Numbered from the stretch's first letter, positions 28,293-38,086 are shown. The stretch: DNA of 64,000 bases from Candidatus Anstonellales archaeon (GCA_038890745.1 JAWAFD010000001.1:92809-156808); one strand, 5' to 3'. Notes: generated from the letters alone by a model not told the origin. Program-made: numbers and translations.

Positions 28293-28574
28293 TTACTGCT
28301 TATTTTTCCATCTTTCATCAATTTTTTTATCATATATAACTAACTCATACCCTCCGTTTTCTTTGCTTATGATCTCTGCTTTAGTATTTCCATAGGTCCT
28401 TTTCTCACCCTCATAAAAAAATATCCTATCAAGCGTTTTCCACTGCGAGCCCTGTGCGTATTTATATCTTACTTCCATTTTAAGCTTCATAGAAAATGCA
28501 ATGGATTCAAGATCCTCTATCTCCTTTTCAGAAATACCATAGGACACCAGCCATCTATTTATTTTGTATTTCAC
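28293..28574 (-). CDS. Hypothetical protein
   Basis: 93-aa ORF filling the gap. Confidence 0.5.
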   Translation of the reverse strand: MKYKINRWLVSYGISEKEIEDLESIAFSMKLKMEVRYKYAQGSQWKTLDRIFFYEGEKRTYGNTKAEIISKENGGYELVIYDKKIDERWKNKQ

Positions 28575-28598
28575 AACCTACTTTTCTCTTACTTGTTT

Positions 28599-29222
28599 TT
28601 AATGCTTTTCGCTCATCATACCTCTCAGTATTTCGTACGCTCTTGCGGTGTCTGCTTGTCTCACTACCAGCATTGTGTCGGTGTAGCATGAAATTATTTC
28701 AACAACATTTATTCCCTCCATCGCAAGCGCGCTGAGGAGGGATGCTATCACGCCCGGTGTTTCTTCGAGCTCAGGGCCGCTTTCTATTACCACTAGATCA
28801 AGGTTTTCTTCTATTTTTACAATTCCTCGCATTCTTTTTATTTTTTCAACTACTCTCTCATCGACAACATAGGTATAAAACCTACTTCTTGCATATGTAA
28901 TATAACTCATGTCTAATTTCCTATCTGAGATGACAACCGCGACCTTTGTTTTTATACTAAGAGAACTTCTTCTCAGCAACCTTAGAATTTTTTCTTCAAG
29001 TCCCTCCTCAATCCTTTCAAGCTTTTTTCCCAGCCTTATGAGTGCGGCCTTTACCGCCTGTTCCTTTTTGATATTTCCATACATCTCCAGGCATATCCTC
29101 CTAGCTAGACCGCTGTAGTTTGCTACCCCCTCCCGCAAAAGTTCATACACAAAAGGCCTTCTTTTTATGTATAGCCAGACGAGCTCGGATATTTTTGTTC
29201 TATTTGGAACATTCTTTGCCAT
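28599..29222 (-). CDS. ACT-domain protein with N-terminal HTH
   Basis: GVANYSGLARRI; ETPGVIASLLSALAMEGINVVEIISCYTD. Confidence 0.85.
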   Translation of the reverse strand: MAKNVPNRTKISELVWLYIKRRPFVYELLREGVANYSGLARRICLEMYGNIKKEQAVKAALIRLGKKLERIEEGLEEKILRLLRRSSLSIKTKVAVVISDRKLDMSYITYARSRFYTYVVDERVVEKIKRMRGIVKIEENLDLVVIESGPELEETPGVIASLLSALAMEGINVVEIISCYTDTMLVVRQADTARAYEILRGMMSEKH

Positions 29223-29300
29223 ATTTGTAACAAATGCACCGAAAGATTTAAATCCTTTTTTCCAACCTAGTATTTACAAAATGGAAAAAGGTGATAAAAA

Positions 29301-29531
29301 ATGGATAAAAAGGTAGAACTGAAACACAACCCAACTGCGCTTTGGTTTAAGCAGAATGCAAATGGGTTTGCTAAGAAAGAGGTGGTTGAGGAGGCGATTA
29401 ATAAAACTAAAAAAGAGGTAGTAGTCATGCCCCGTGGGCTTACAGAGGCCCAACGCGAGCTTTTCTTATTCACAGCCGCGCTCAATGGAAAATTGGTTAT
29501 TGAGGAGGAGTGGCCTCCACACAGGGGTTAA
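29301..29531 (+). CDS. Small hypothetical protein
   Basis: AGGTGA SD before the ATG. Confidence 0.55.
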   Translation: MDKKVELKHNPTALWFKQNANGFAKKEVVEEAINKTKKEVVVMPRGLTEAQRELFLFTAALNGKLVIEEEWPPHRG

Positions 29532-29570
29532 CTATTTTTAAACACTTTCCTCCATATATTTTTTGGGAGA

Positions 29571-30182
29571 ATGGAAAGGAAAATGCTTGCAGTAAAATTT
29601 CAGATCCATGCTTGTTTAGATGAGCTAAGAAAACTACCAGAATTAAGTGAGGTTAAGGGAGGATGGGTAAAAAGAAAGCTTCGAGTATTCCAGCTTTATG
29701 GAGCTCTTAAAGAAGCGGCATGTGGACTTTGCCAGCATCGCGAGGAATATGCTCAAGCAAAACTTCTTGATGCAAAAGAGATCGCGCGGGAATTAGGAAT
29801 GAGTAACGTAGAAGAAAGAGTTTCTTCTTCTCTTGCTTCTCTTCTTTCTCCGCTTATTGAAGAGCCAACCTACACATTTGAAGAACTTATTGAAATACTG
29901 AGAAAAACTGGTAATGCGAAGTTTAACCGGATCATTAGTTTACTCCATAAGATACCGGAAAAGCATGAGTTATATTTTGGATTATTCTCGCTTCCAGCAG
30001 ATGAACAGAGATACTACCGCGGGGTCTTTTCCAACATACTCTCAGAATGTGACAACATACCCGCATGCAACCAAAAAGAAAAAGACCTCCTAAATAAAAT
30101 CAAAAAAAGAATAGAAGAATGCGTAAATGTTTTGAATCAAAACATAAAAAGAAAAGAGCCTATTTTTATAAGTTCTCCCTGA
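29571..30182 (+). CDS. Hypothetical protein
   Basis: 203-aa ORF with TATA-like TTTTTAAA upstream. Confidence 0.6.
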   Translation: MERKMLAVKFQIHACLDELRKLPELSEVKGGWVKRKLRVFQLYGALKEAACGLCQHREEYAQAKLLDAKEIARELGMSNVEERVSSSLASLLSPLIEEPTYTFEELIEILRKTGNAKFNRIISLLHKIPEKHELYFGLFSLPADEQRYYRGVFSNILSECDNIPACNQKEKDLLNKIKKRIEECVNVLNQNIKRKEPIFISSP

Positions 30183-30678
30183 GTTTAACCAAACCCGCAG
30201 AAATGAGCACAAACCCAACAATTCCGCTTAAGATTCTAACAAAATCACCACCGCCGCTCTCCTCATAAACTAACTCCTCGCCAGCTCCATCCATTGCTTT
30301 TAATGCCATCCCACTACTCTCTTGTTTAACACTTGCGCTCGGGAAAACAAAGAGTGCGTACCATATGAAAAGCAGACCTACCGCAAGCATGATTATCGCA
30401 CTTATTGGCTTTCTTTCAGGAGAGATAAGCTTTCTCCCCTTTGCCGTAAGCTCATAATACTTCCACTTCCTTCCCTCCTCAATCCTTTTCACAAGCCCCG
30501 CCCTTTCCAATTTCTCTACATGCTCAAGAACAGTTGGAGGAGAGAGTTTCAGCTCCTCTGAAAGCTCACTCTGCGTTTTTCTTCTCTTATAAAGCGACTT
30601 AAGTATGTTTATTCTAGTATCAGCATCTATAGCCCTGAGAAGCTCCCTATCCACTATTACCTCATCGCCCATAAACAT
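30166..30678 (-). CDS. ArsR-like wHTH regulator with two C-terminal TM helices
   Basis: DTRINILKSL..TQSELSEEL..PTVLEHVEKLERAGLV..YYELT. Confidence 0.85.
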   Translation of the reverse strand: MFMGDEVIVDRELLRAIDADTRINILKSLYKRRKTQSELSEELKLSPPTVLEHVEKLERAGLVKRIEEGRKWKYYELTAKGRKLISPERKPISAIIMLAVGLLFIWYALFVFPSASVKQESSGMALKAMDGAGEELVYEESGGGDFVRILSGIVGFVLISAGLVKLRENL

Positions 30679-30767
30679 ATTTTTACTCCTAGATATAAAA
30701 ATAAATCGGTTTGTAAAAAATTAGGCAAAAAACTAACATTTTTAATTCTTCCAACAAATTAGTAAAC

Positions 30768-31820
30768 ATGCTTTACGGTCAGAATCTTTTTTCTGCGATA
30801 GAGAAAGAAAAAAATAGCGGAAAAACAATCGTTGCTCAACTTGCGCCCGCCGTGAGGGTCTCGATAGGAGAGGAGTTTGGTTTTCCTCCTGGAACGGAGC
30901 TTACAGCAAAAACAATTTCTCTTCTAAAATTATTGGGTTTCGATGAGGTCATAGACACCCCAATCGGTGCGGATTTGATAACGCTGGAAGAAGCAAAATT
31001 TTTTGTAGAAACAAAACTCGCGTTCAAGCCACTCCTAAACTCCTGTTGTGTTGGGTGGAGGGAGTATTGCAAAGCGAACCACAAAAATCTTCTACCGTAC
31101 ATAAGCAACGTGGTTTCTCCTATGATGGCAACCGGCTTCCTCACAAAAACCTATCTGGCAGAGAGAATGGGTGTTAAACCAGAAAACATTATTTCGGTTG
31201 GTATAATGCCATGCACAATAAAAAAACTTGAAACAAAGTACAAAATGCGTTCAGGGCTGAAATATGTTGATTATGTTGTGACTACGCAGGAGCTTGGCCA
31301 GTGGGCAAGAAACAAAAACCTAAACATAAAAGACATGAAAGATGGCGAATTCTCAAAGTTCCTTCCAACAAGCTCAAAGGATGGGACAATATTCGGCGTA
31401 ACCGGTGGTATAAGCGAGGCATTCATAACTACAATGGCAAAGCTTCTGGGTGAGGAGAGCGAGCTCCTTTTTTTCAGAAAAAACGAAGCAGTAAGAGAGT
31501 ATGATTTTGCGATCGGCGGGATAAAACTAAAAACAGCAGTTTTACATGGAATCGCAAACTTCCCTTCCCTTCTTTCAAGGATAACCCAATTCAACTTTAT
31601 AGAAATAATGTTCTGCCCGTACGGTTGCGTCGGGGGTCCAGGTCAGCCAGCCCCTCAAACAGAAGAAAAATTAAGGGCGAGGGCAGAAGCATTGAGAAAA
31701 TTTTCAGATACTAAAAAACAAAGGACCCCTCTAGAAAACAGACCGCTCCTGGAAGCAGTGGAATGGCTAAGGGAAAAAAATATTAATCTTTTTGATGAAC
31801 TTACATGGTGGGGTGAGTAA
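30768..31820 (+). CDS. Minimal monomeric [FeFe]-hydrogenase (H-cluster domain only)
   Basis: QLAPAVRV; L1 NSCCVGW; L2 IMPCTIKKLE; FGVTGG; L3 EIMFCPYGCVGGPGQP; no accessory FeS domain. Confidence 0.85.
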   Translation: MLYGQNLFSAIEKEKNSGKTIVAQLAPAVRVSIGEEFGFPPGTELTAKTISLLKLLGFDEVIDTPIGADLITLEEAKFFVETKLAFKPLLNSCCVGWREYCKANHKNLLPYISNVVSPMMATGFLTKTYLAERMGVKPENIISVGIMPCTIKKLETKYKMRSGLKYVDYVVTTQELGQWARNKNLNIKDMKDGEFSKFLPTSSKDGTIFGVTGGISEAFITTMAKLLGEESELLFFRKNEAVREYDFAIGGIKLKTAVLHGIANFPSLLSRITQFNFIEIMFCPYGCVGGPGQPAPQTEEKLRARAEALRKFSDTKKQRTPLENRPLLEAVEWLREKNINLFDELTWWGE

Positions 31821-32126
31821 GTGATAGTTTTGTATGTGCCGTTTCCGAGCAAAAAGGAAGCAGTAAAATCTGCAAAGCACCTTCTGAGAAAGAAGCTTAT
31901 TGCATGCGCGAACATTCTTTCGTGCGACAGCATTTACGAGTGGAAGAAGAAGAAAAAAGCCACAAGGGAGTATATCGTTTTGTTTAAAACAACAGAGAAA
32001 AACGAAAACAAGCTCAGAAAGGAGATAGAAAAAACACACAGTTACGAGGTGCCTGCAATAATAAAATTCAATTGCTATGCAAATGCCTCCTTTGAGGAAT
32101 GGTTGAGAAAACAGACAAAAATTTAA
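31821..32126 (+). CDS. cutA: CutA divalent-cation tolerance protein
   Basis: LIACANI..SIYEW..E..KT..HSYEVPAI. Confidence 0.92.
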   Translation: MIVLYVPFPSKKEAVKSAKHLLRKKLIACANILSCDSIYEWKKKKKATREYIVLFKTTEKNENKLRKEIEKTHSYEVPAIIKFNCYANASFEEWLRKQTKI

Positions 32127-32521
32127 ACTATATTTTTTTCTCTTATGAAATACGGAACATCACGCGCATTGTAGCATAGGTTCATGAACTCCAATTCAGA
32201 AGCATTCACCCATTTTGCTTCCACATGCTCACCAGAAATTCTAACCTCTTGGGAATCAACCTTCCCTGCAAACACAACATATATTGAATGTTTTGTATCC
32301 CCGTTTTTCTCATAAACCGCCGAGGTTACTGTTAAAAGAACAAGCCCCCTTGCTCTCAGTCCTGTTTCTTCCTCACACTCCCGCACAGCCGATATCTCGG
32401 GCATCTCCCCAAACTCTATTTTCCCTCCGGGAAACTCCCAGCACCCATCCCTTCTTTTCAGAACAAGAACCTTCCCATTATTTACTGGAACCAGATAAGA
32501 ATTAATCTCTTGAATTTTCAT
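32123..32521 (-). CDS. NUDIX hydrolase
   Basis: WEFPGGKIEFGE..AVRECEEETGL. Confidence 0.92.
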   Translation of the reverse strand: MKIQEINSYLVPVNNGKVLVLKRRDGCWEFPGGKIEFGEMPEISAVRECEEETGLRARGLVLLTVTSAVYEKNGDTKHSIYVVFAGKVDSQEVRISGEHVEAKWVNASELEFMNLCYNARDVPYFIREKNIV

Positions 32522-33197
32522 TCTTTATCAGCTTCTCCATTTTCTCCTCATCCAGAAGCTCCATTGCAGTACTGCATTTTGGGCATTTGAAATTATAGTC
32601 TGCCGCTTCCTCAAATTTCATAAGCATTCCTATATCATTGCATCTTGGGCAGAAATAGTGCTCGCCCTCCCTCATTTTCGCAAGCACAAATTCTCTGTTT
32701 GCGTTCATTTTTTCCTCTATCCATTTGTTTAGCCGCTCCATGTTCAGCTTCCAGTTGTAATAATACCATCCCGTTTCCTCGTCCTTTGTTCTTTCATACT
32801 CAACTATCCCTTCGTTATGAAACTTGTTCAGCACAGACCTTACATCACTTACTTTTACATTCAATTTTTCAGCTATTTTTTCATCCTCACCGTACTGGGT
32901 TAGCAATCTTACAATTTCCATTGCGTTTTCTCCACCAACATCTATGAAAAGTTTTCTAATATCCGGCCTTTTCAGCATTTCTATTACTGGTGTGATTCTT
33001 TTCCTCTCTTCAGCTTCCTTAGCAGCCTTTTCCTTTTCTTCTCTACCCGCTTTTTTTGCTGCTATTTTTGTTTTTTTTGTTTTTGCATCTATTTTTAATT
33101 TTTTGATTTTTCCAGCTACTTTTTTTTGTTTAATTTTTGTTTTTTTTGCTTTTTTTAAGGGCTTACTTTTTCCACTAGTTCTTTTTTTACCCATCAA
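32502..33197 (-). CDS. tfe: Transcription factor E alpha with Lys-rich N-terminal extension
   Basis: DEKIAEKL..VRSVLNKF, DEETGWYYYNW, FCPRC..FEEA..FKCPKC. Confidence 0.9.
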   Translation of the reverse strand: MMGKKRTSGKSKPLKKAKKTKIKQKKVAGKIKKLKIDAKTKKTKIAAKKAGREEKEKAAKEAEERKRITPVIEMLKRPDIRKLFIDVGGENAMEIVRLLTQYGEDEKIAEKLNVKVSDVRSVLNKFHNEGIVEYERTKDEETGWYYYNWKLNMERLNKWIEEKMNANREFVLAKMREGEHYFCPRCNDIGMLMKFEEAADYNFKCPKCSTAMELLDEEKMEKLIKNENSRD

Positions 33198-33261
33198 ACC
33201 ACCAGCGATTAATTTACGCAGTTTAAATATTTAAACTTTTCCCGTCTTACAGAGATTGCAA

Positions 33262-33978
33262 CTATCTACCAAATTTTCTCATTCTTTTTGCATACTCTTT
33301 TAGTGCATTCTCAAAATCCCTCCTACTAAAATCCGGCCAGAGCGTATCGCAGAAATAGAACTCACTGTACGCTGTATGCCAAGGCATAAAGCCAGAAAGC
33401 CTTTTCGCGCCGCTTGTCCTTATTACCAGATCAACCGGGGGCAGCTCGCCAGTAGGCAGAAACTTCAAAAAGCTTTTTTCATCAACCTTCCTTATCCCAC
33501 CTCTGATAGCTCGGTTCACTCCATCCACAATTTCGGCTTGCCCACCGTATGCAAGAAGGAGATTGAGCTGGTATGGTTTGTTTTTTTCAGTTCTCCTTTC
33601 AACCTCCCTTATCATTCTTTGTATCTCATCAGGGAGAAGTTCTATCCTTCCAAAAAATCTAACTTTTACCTCATTTTTCTCTTTTCTTGTCTCCCTATCC
33701 ATTCTTTCCAATCCTTCAAAAAGAAACTTTCTAAAAAGTGAAAATAGCTTTTCAACCTCGTTTCTATCCCGCTGAAAATTTTCTGTGCTGAACCCCCACA
33801 TCGTCAGCATTTTTATTTTATGCTTCCTGCACCACTTTGCGACATCCCCTATTTTCCTGATTCCTTTTTCGTATGCTTCTTCCAGACTTGTATTATTTTT
33901 TCTTGCCCATGTTCTATTCCCATCAGGTATTATGGCTATATGCCGTGGTATTTTTTTGCTATTTCTTTTACTGACCAT
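33262..33978 (-). CDS. uppS: cis-prenyltransferase (undecaprenyl-PP synthase family)
   Basis: PRHIAIIPDGNR, FSTENF, YGGQAEI, DLVIRTSG, LWPDF. Confidence 0.95.
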   Translation of the reverse strand: MVSKRNSKKIPRHIAIIPDGNRTWARKNNTSLEEAYEKGIRKIGDVAKWCRKHKIKMLTMWGFSTENFQRDRNEVEKLFSLFRKFLFEGLERMDRETRKEKNEVKVRFFGRIELLPDEIQRMIREVERRTEKNKPYQLNLLLAYGGQAEIVDGVNRAIRGGIRKVDEKSFLKFLPTGELPPVDLVIRTSGAKRLSGFMPWHTAYSEFYFCDTLWPDFSRRDFENALKEYAKRMRKFGR

Positions 33979-34975
33979 GTTTCTTCAGCCATCCCAAGAA
34001 TTTCGCAAGCCTGAATGCATACCCATACTCATTATCGTACCATGAGAATATTTTTACAAGGTTTCCTTTTGCTTGGGTAAGTTGTCCATCAACAATCCCG
34101 GCATATGGCATCCTTATGATATCGCTTGAAACAATGGGTTCTTCTGTGTAGAAAAGAACGCCCTTTAGTTGTCCTTCGCTTGCTTTTTTCAGTGCTTCGT
34201 TTACTTCTTCTCTCGTAACCTCTTTTTTCAGAACAAAACTACAGTCGGTGATGCTTCCATCCACAACAGGCACCCTCATAGCCACCCCATCCAATTTTCC
34301 ATTCAATTCAGGGAAGATCTCACCTATTGCTTTTGCGGCGCCCGTGCTTGTTGGCACAATGTTTACAGCAGCCGCCCTGGCCCGCCGTATATCTTTCTTA
34401 TGGCTTCCATCCATTAGATTCTGGTCCGCAGTATACGCATGAATGGTTGTTATAAACCCCTTCTCTATGCCAAATTTTTCATGAATAACTTTCACAACCG
34501 GTGCCAAGCTGTTTGTTGTGCATGAAGCCATGGAAATTATTTTATGTTCCTTTTTGTATGCGCTATCATTTATTCCCGGCACGATTGTGCAGTCAACCCC
34601 CTTTCCAGGCGCAGATATCACAACCTTTTTCGCACCTGCTTTCAGATGTTTTTCGGCATCCTCTCTTTTTCTGAACTCCCCGCTCGCCTCTACTACAACA
34701 TCAATTTTTAGTTCTTTCCACGGAAGCTTTTCCGGGTCTGTTTCATTTATCCATTTTATCATCTTCCCATTCACGACCAAATTCCCATCCTTGACCCCAA
34801 CGCTTCCATTCCACTTTCCGTATACAGTATCGTATTTTAGAAGATGCGCGTGCATCTGCACATCACTTCGGGTGTTTATTGCAACAAGCTCTATTTCATT
34901 TATAATACCGGAATCGAACAATGCCCTGAGCAATCCTTTACCTATTCTTCCAAATCCAGAAATAGCTACTCTCAT
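33968..34975 (-). CDS. gap: Class I (bacterial-type) glyceraldehyde-3-phosphate dehydrogenase
   Basis: GFGRIG, ASCTTNSLAP, TTIHAYT, PTSTGAAKA, WYDNE. Confidence 0.95.
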   Translation of the reverse strand: MRVAISGFGRIGKGLLRALFDSGIINEIELVAINTRSDVQMHAHLLKYDTVYGKWNGSVGVKDGNLVVNGKMIKWINETDPEKLPWKELKIDVVVEASGEFRKREDAEKHLKAGAKKVVISAPGKGVDCTIVPGINDSAYKKEHKIISMASCTTNSLAPVVKVIHEKFGIEKGFITTIHAYTADQNLMDGSHKKDIRRARAAAVNIVPTSTGAAKAIGEIFPELNGKLDGVAMRVPVVDGSITDCSFVLKKEVTREEVNEALKKASEGQLKGVLFYTEEPIVSSDIIRMPYAGIVDGQLTQAKGNLVKIFSWYDNEYGYAFRLAKFLGWLKKHGQ

Positions 34976-35080
34976 GTTGTTTATTTTTGGTTAAGATTTT
35001 AAATACTTACTTTTGCGCTCTGAACCGCGGCTGCAAAAAATTTTTAAATAGCGAATGCGCAATATTAGCGTTATACTGAG

Positions 35081-35575
35081 GTGGTTAGGATGAGTAATCG
35101 AAAAAGAAGATGGTTTGATGATGATTTTTTCTTTCCGTTTGAGCATATAAGAGAAGAGATGGAAAGGATGATTGAGGAGATGATGCGCGAGGATGAGGAG
35201 TTTTTCAGAGAGGCGAGAAAAACAACAGGGCCAAAGGTTTATGGTGTCTCCATACGCATAGGTCCTGATGGAAAACCAACGATACAGGAGTTTGGGGATA
35301 TAAGGCCGAAAGAGAAAAAAGTAAGCGAAGAAAGAGAGCCCCTCGTTGATGTCATACGAGAGGGAGATGAGATTGTTGTGGTTGCCGAGGTTCCGGGTGT
35401 TGAGAAAGAGGACATAAAAATATCTGGAGAGGGACGCTTTCTTGAAATAAAGGTCGATACCCCACAGAGAAAATACTACAAAGAGCTTGAGCTTCCGGCA
35501 AAGGTTGACCATAAAAAAGCTAAAATGAATTACAAAAATGGAATTTTGGAATTAAGACTGCCCATAGTAGAATAA
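35081..35575 (+). CDS. Small heat-shock protein Hsp20
   Basis: VYGVSIRIGPDGKP, EPLVDV, AEVPGV, YKNGILE. Confidence 0.92.
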   Translation: MVRMSNRKRRWFDDDFFFPFEHIREEMERMIEEMMREDEEFFREARKTTGPKVYGVSIRIGPDGKPTIQEFGDIRPKEKKVSEEREPLVDVIREGDEIVVVAEVPGVEKEDIKISGEGRFLEIKVDTPQRKYYKELELPAKVDHKKAKMNYKNGILELRLPIVE

Positions 35576-35657
35576 TATCAGAGCTCCAGGCCCAAGCCCT
35601 TTTCTTTTGTGAAAAGAAAAGGTCTAGGGATCACCCCAAAAGAAAACCGGCTAGTAT

Positions 35658-35714
35658 TTTATCAGAGCTCCAGGTTCTCATCACTGATCAGAAAACCTGC
35701 ATCTCATCACAAAG
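35658..35714 (-). ncRNA. Box C/D sRNA
   Basis: Minus strand GTGATGA-12nt-CTGA-tca-GTGATGA-12nt-CTGA (C 35710-35704, D' 35691-35688, C' 35684-35678, D 35665-35662). TATA TTATATAC lies about 20 nt upstream. Confidence 0.85.
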
Positions 35715-35758
35715 AATTTTCTGCTGAAAAGTATATAATGTTTATGAAATAAGAAAAA

Positions 35759-38086
35759 TTATTTTTTTCTTATCGGCGGGCGTATTGGTTTGCGAGAGAG
35801 AATATAGTACAAAATTCCGCCGCCCAAGACAAGAACAGCCAAGGCGAGCAATACAAGGCCCCAAACGTCAGCAGGATGCTCTTGCTGTTCTTCCTGGGCC
35901 GTCTCAGTTTTTTCCTCTTTACTAGACCCTTCAGGAACAGACTTTTCTTCTTTTTCACCCAATTCGCTTTCTACCTCTTCCTCAACCACCCCTCCTTCTT
36001 TTTTCTCCTTAGGTTTTTCCTCCGGTGGGGTCTCTTCCTGAATTTCTTCCTTAGAGACTTCAGGACAAAGCTGGCTTATGAAATACGCCCTATTCTCATC
36101 ACTGTACCCTTCTTTCATTGTTAAAACATAATACCATCCGCTTGAGGAGAGCGCGAAAGAAACCTTACCGTTACTATCTGTTCTCTTTGACGCAATCAGC
36201 CCAGCGCTTGTTGAAAGCTGCACTTCTGCACCATCTATCGGGGTTCCATCCGTTTGAGTTACAGTAATCACAAGTTCATTTCCGGGGCATTTAAATTCAC
36301 GCGCAACAACCATAGATTCCAGCCCTCTACCCTCGCTTTCTTTCATTACTAGAGGGAGCAAGTCTTGGTTGTTCGACCCATGAATATCATAAGGCGTTTC
36401 GCCTATTCCATCCCCGTTTGTGTCGATTCCTCTGTAGTCAGAATAATAGTTCCCTCCTTTACAGAGCCCGCCAACTATGTTTCTTGAATCGCAGTTGTAT
36501 GAACCGTTCCAGATGTTGGTGTTTAACTCTTCGAAAGCTGGTGTTGTAGCAACAAATTTATTATTCCATATATTATTTCCACTTGAAAGACTATCTATGC
36601 GTATTCCAAAATCCGCAGCCCTTACTACATTATCGAAAATGTTGTTTGAACTTGACGATTCTACTAAAAATCCATAATCAGAGTATCGTATACTGTTTCC
36701 CCATACATCTGCGGAATTAGTGTTGCTTATCCATACTCCTGTATCTGCACTTGCTATGCGGTTCGAATTTACATTGCTAGAATCAGCGCCCCACAATACT
36801 ATACCATAAGAGGGATCGTTGCTCAGTATATTCCCTAAAATATCAGCAGTTGTAGACTCAATATATATGTGATAGGAGTTTTTAACTGGTGTTGGGTCCC
36901 AACTGCAACGAGCTTGCCTCTCGCAAAAAAACTGTGTTGTGAAACTGTCGCATGGCCACGCACTACCCACACACTCTCCGGGAGGAGGGAAGGGAAGCCA
37001 AAAACAACCTATTTGGTTTTGACAGGCTATTTTGTTTAAAAAAATATCGCATGGTAAGGCCTTCCCTGTGCACGTACCAGCCAGCCAAAACTGCGAACTT
37101 ATCCGGTTGTTTTCTATGATGGCATCCCCTGTGCAAGAACCTAAACCAATTCCATATTGAATATTTCCATCTATAATATTGTTGTTTATGTATGTATCAC
37201 TTGACCCATCTACCCATATACCGTATGAATAAGTATCATGAATATAGTTATCATACAAAAGGGTTCCTGCCGATGAGTCAAAAACATATATCCCTCCGTG
37301 AGTTGTGGAATAAATATCATTCGAATAAACATTGTTATAATCGCACGATTGTATGGTTATACCAATACCATCCGATGTATCAACCCTATTACTGTAAATA
37401 TCTGCAGTAGTTACTTCGTAGTTGTAAATCCCCCATAAAGAGTACTCAAGTGAATTGTTATATATGTATATATGATTCCCTGATTCAGTATATATCCCCT
37501 GCGAATACCTCAACTCATTACCATATATAAGACCATTATTAGAATAACTTGTATAGATATACCCCATACCAAAAGACTGATCATCAAGCGTGTTATCAAA
37601 TATTTCAAATCCATCTATGCCTGAAAGATAAATGCTTCCGTATGTGTCATCTAAATTGTCATGTATTAGATTATTATTTACCACCATATCCGAGCCTGTG
37701 GTGGCGTATATTATAGTGTTCGCGTGATGGAGGTCGTTGTTTCTTATTGTAACATTGTTCGAATCCATGGTTTGTATGTTTATTGTATAGTTTGATATGT
37801 TGCAGTTTAAAATCGTGAATCCATCAGTTGAATCTACATAAACACCCGGCGTAGTGTAATCTCCAATTATTTTATACCCATTACAGTTAACTGTAATGTC
37901 ATCTTCGCTTACATAAAGACAGGCTCCAGTTGCAGCATCAAATCCGTATAGATCAGAGCCGAGCACATATGTTTCTCCCGGCGTATTAAGTTCTTGGCAG
38001 GAGTTTATAACCGTTAAACCGCTTTGAATCGAAAGAAGGGATAACCATACAAAGAACACCGAGAAAACTTTCTGCATGTTTTTCAT
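35759..38086 (-). CDS. Secreted right-handed beta-helix (NosD/CASH-like) surface protein with C-terminal TM anchor
   Basis: Signal peptide, GIY/NN repeats, GGNYYSDY..DTNGDGIG, E-rich linker, TM helix plus basic tail. Confidence 0.85.
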   Translation of the reverse strand: MKNMQKVFSVFFVWLSLLSIQSGLTVINSCQELNTPGETYVLGSDLYGFDAATGACLYVSEDDITVNCNGYKIIGDYTTPGVYVDSTDGFTILNCNISNYTINIQTMDSNNVTIRNNDLHHANTIIYATTGSDMVVNNNLIHDNLDDTYGSIYLSGIDGFEIFDNTLDDQSFGMGYIYTSYSNNGLIYGNELRYSQGIYTESGNHIYIYNNSLEYSLWGIYNYEVTTADIYSNRVDTSDGIGITIQSCDYNNVYSNDIYSTTHGGIYVFDSSAGTLLYDNYIHDTYSYGIWVDGSSDTYINNNIIDGNIQYGIGLGSCTGDAIIENNRISSQFWLAGTCTGKALPCDIFLNKIACQNQIGCFWLPFPPPGECVGSAWPCDSFTTQFFCERQARCSWDPTPVKNSYHIYIESTTADILGNILSNDPSYGIVLWGADSSNVNSNRIASADTGVWISNTNSADVWGNSIRYSDYGFLVESSSSNNIFDNVVRAADFGIRIDSLSSGNNIWNNKFVATTPAFEELNTNIWNGSYNCDSRNIVGGLCKGGNYYSDYRGIDTNGDGIGETPYDIHGSNNQDLLPLVMKESEGRGLESMVVAREFKCPGNELVITVTQTDGTPIDGAEVQLSTSAGLIASKRTDSNGKVSFALSSSGWYYVLTMKEGYSDENRAYFISQLCPEVSKEEIQEETPPEEKPKEKKEGGVVEEEVESELGEKEEKSVPEGSSKEEKTETAQEEQQEHPADVWGLVLLALAVLVLGGGILYYILSRKPIRPPIRKK

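Noticed and set aside
33221..33238. Palindrome AGTTTAAATATTTAAACT as a specific operator
   Set aside because: Explained by the AT-rich TATA element upstream of tfe; low complexity.
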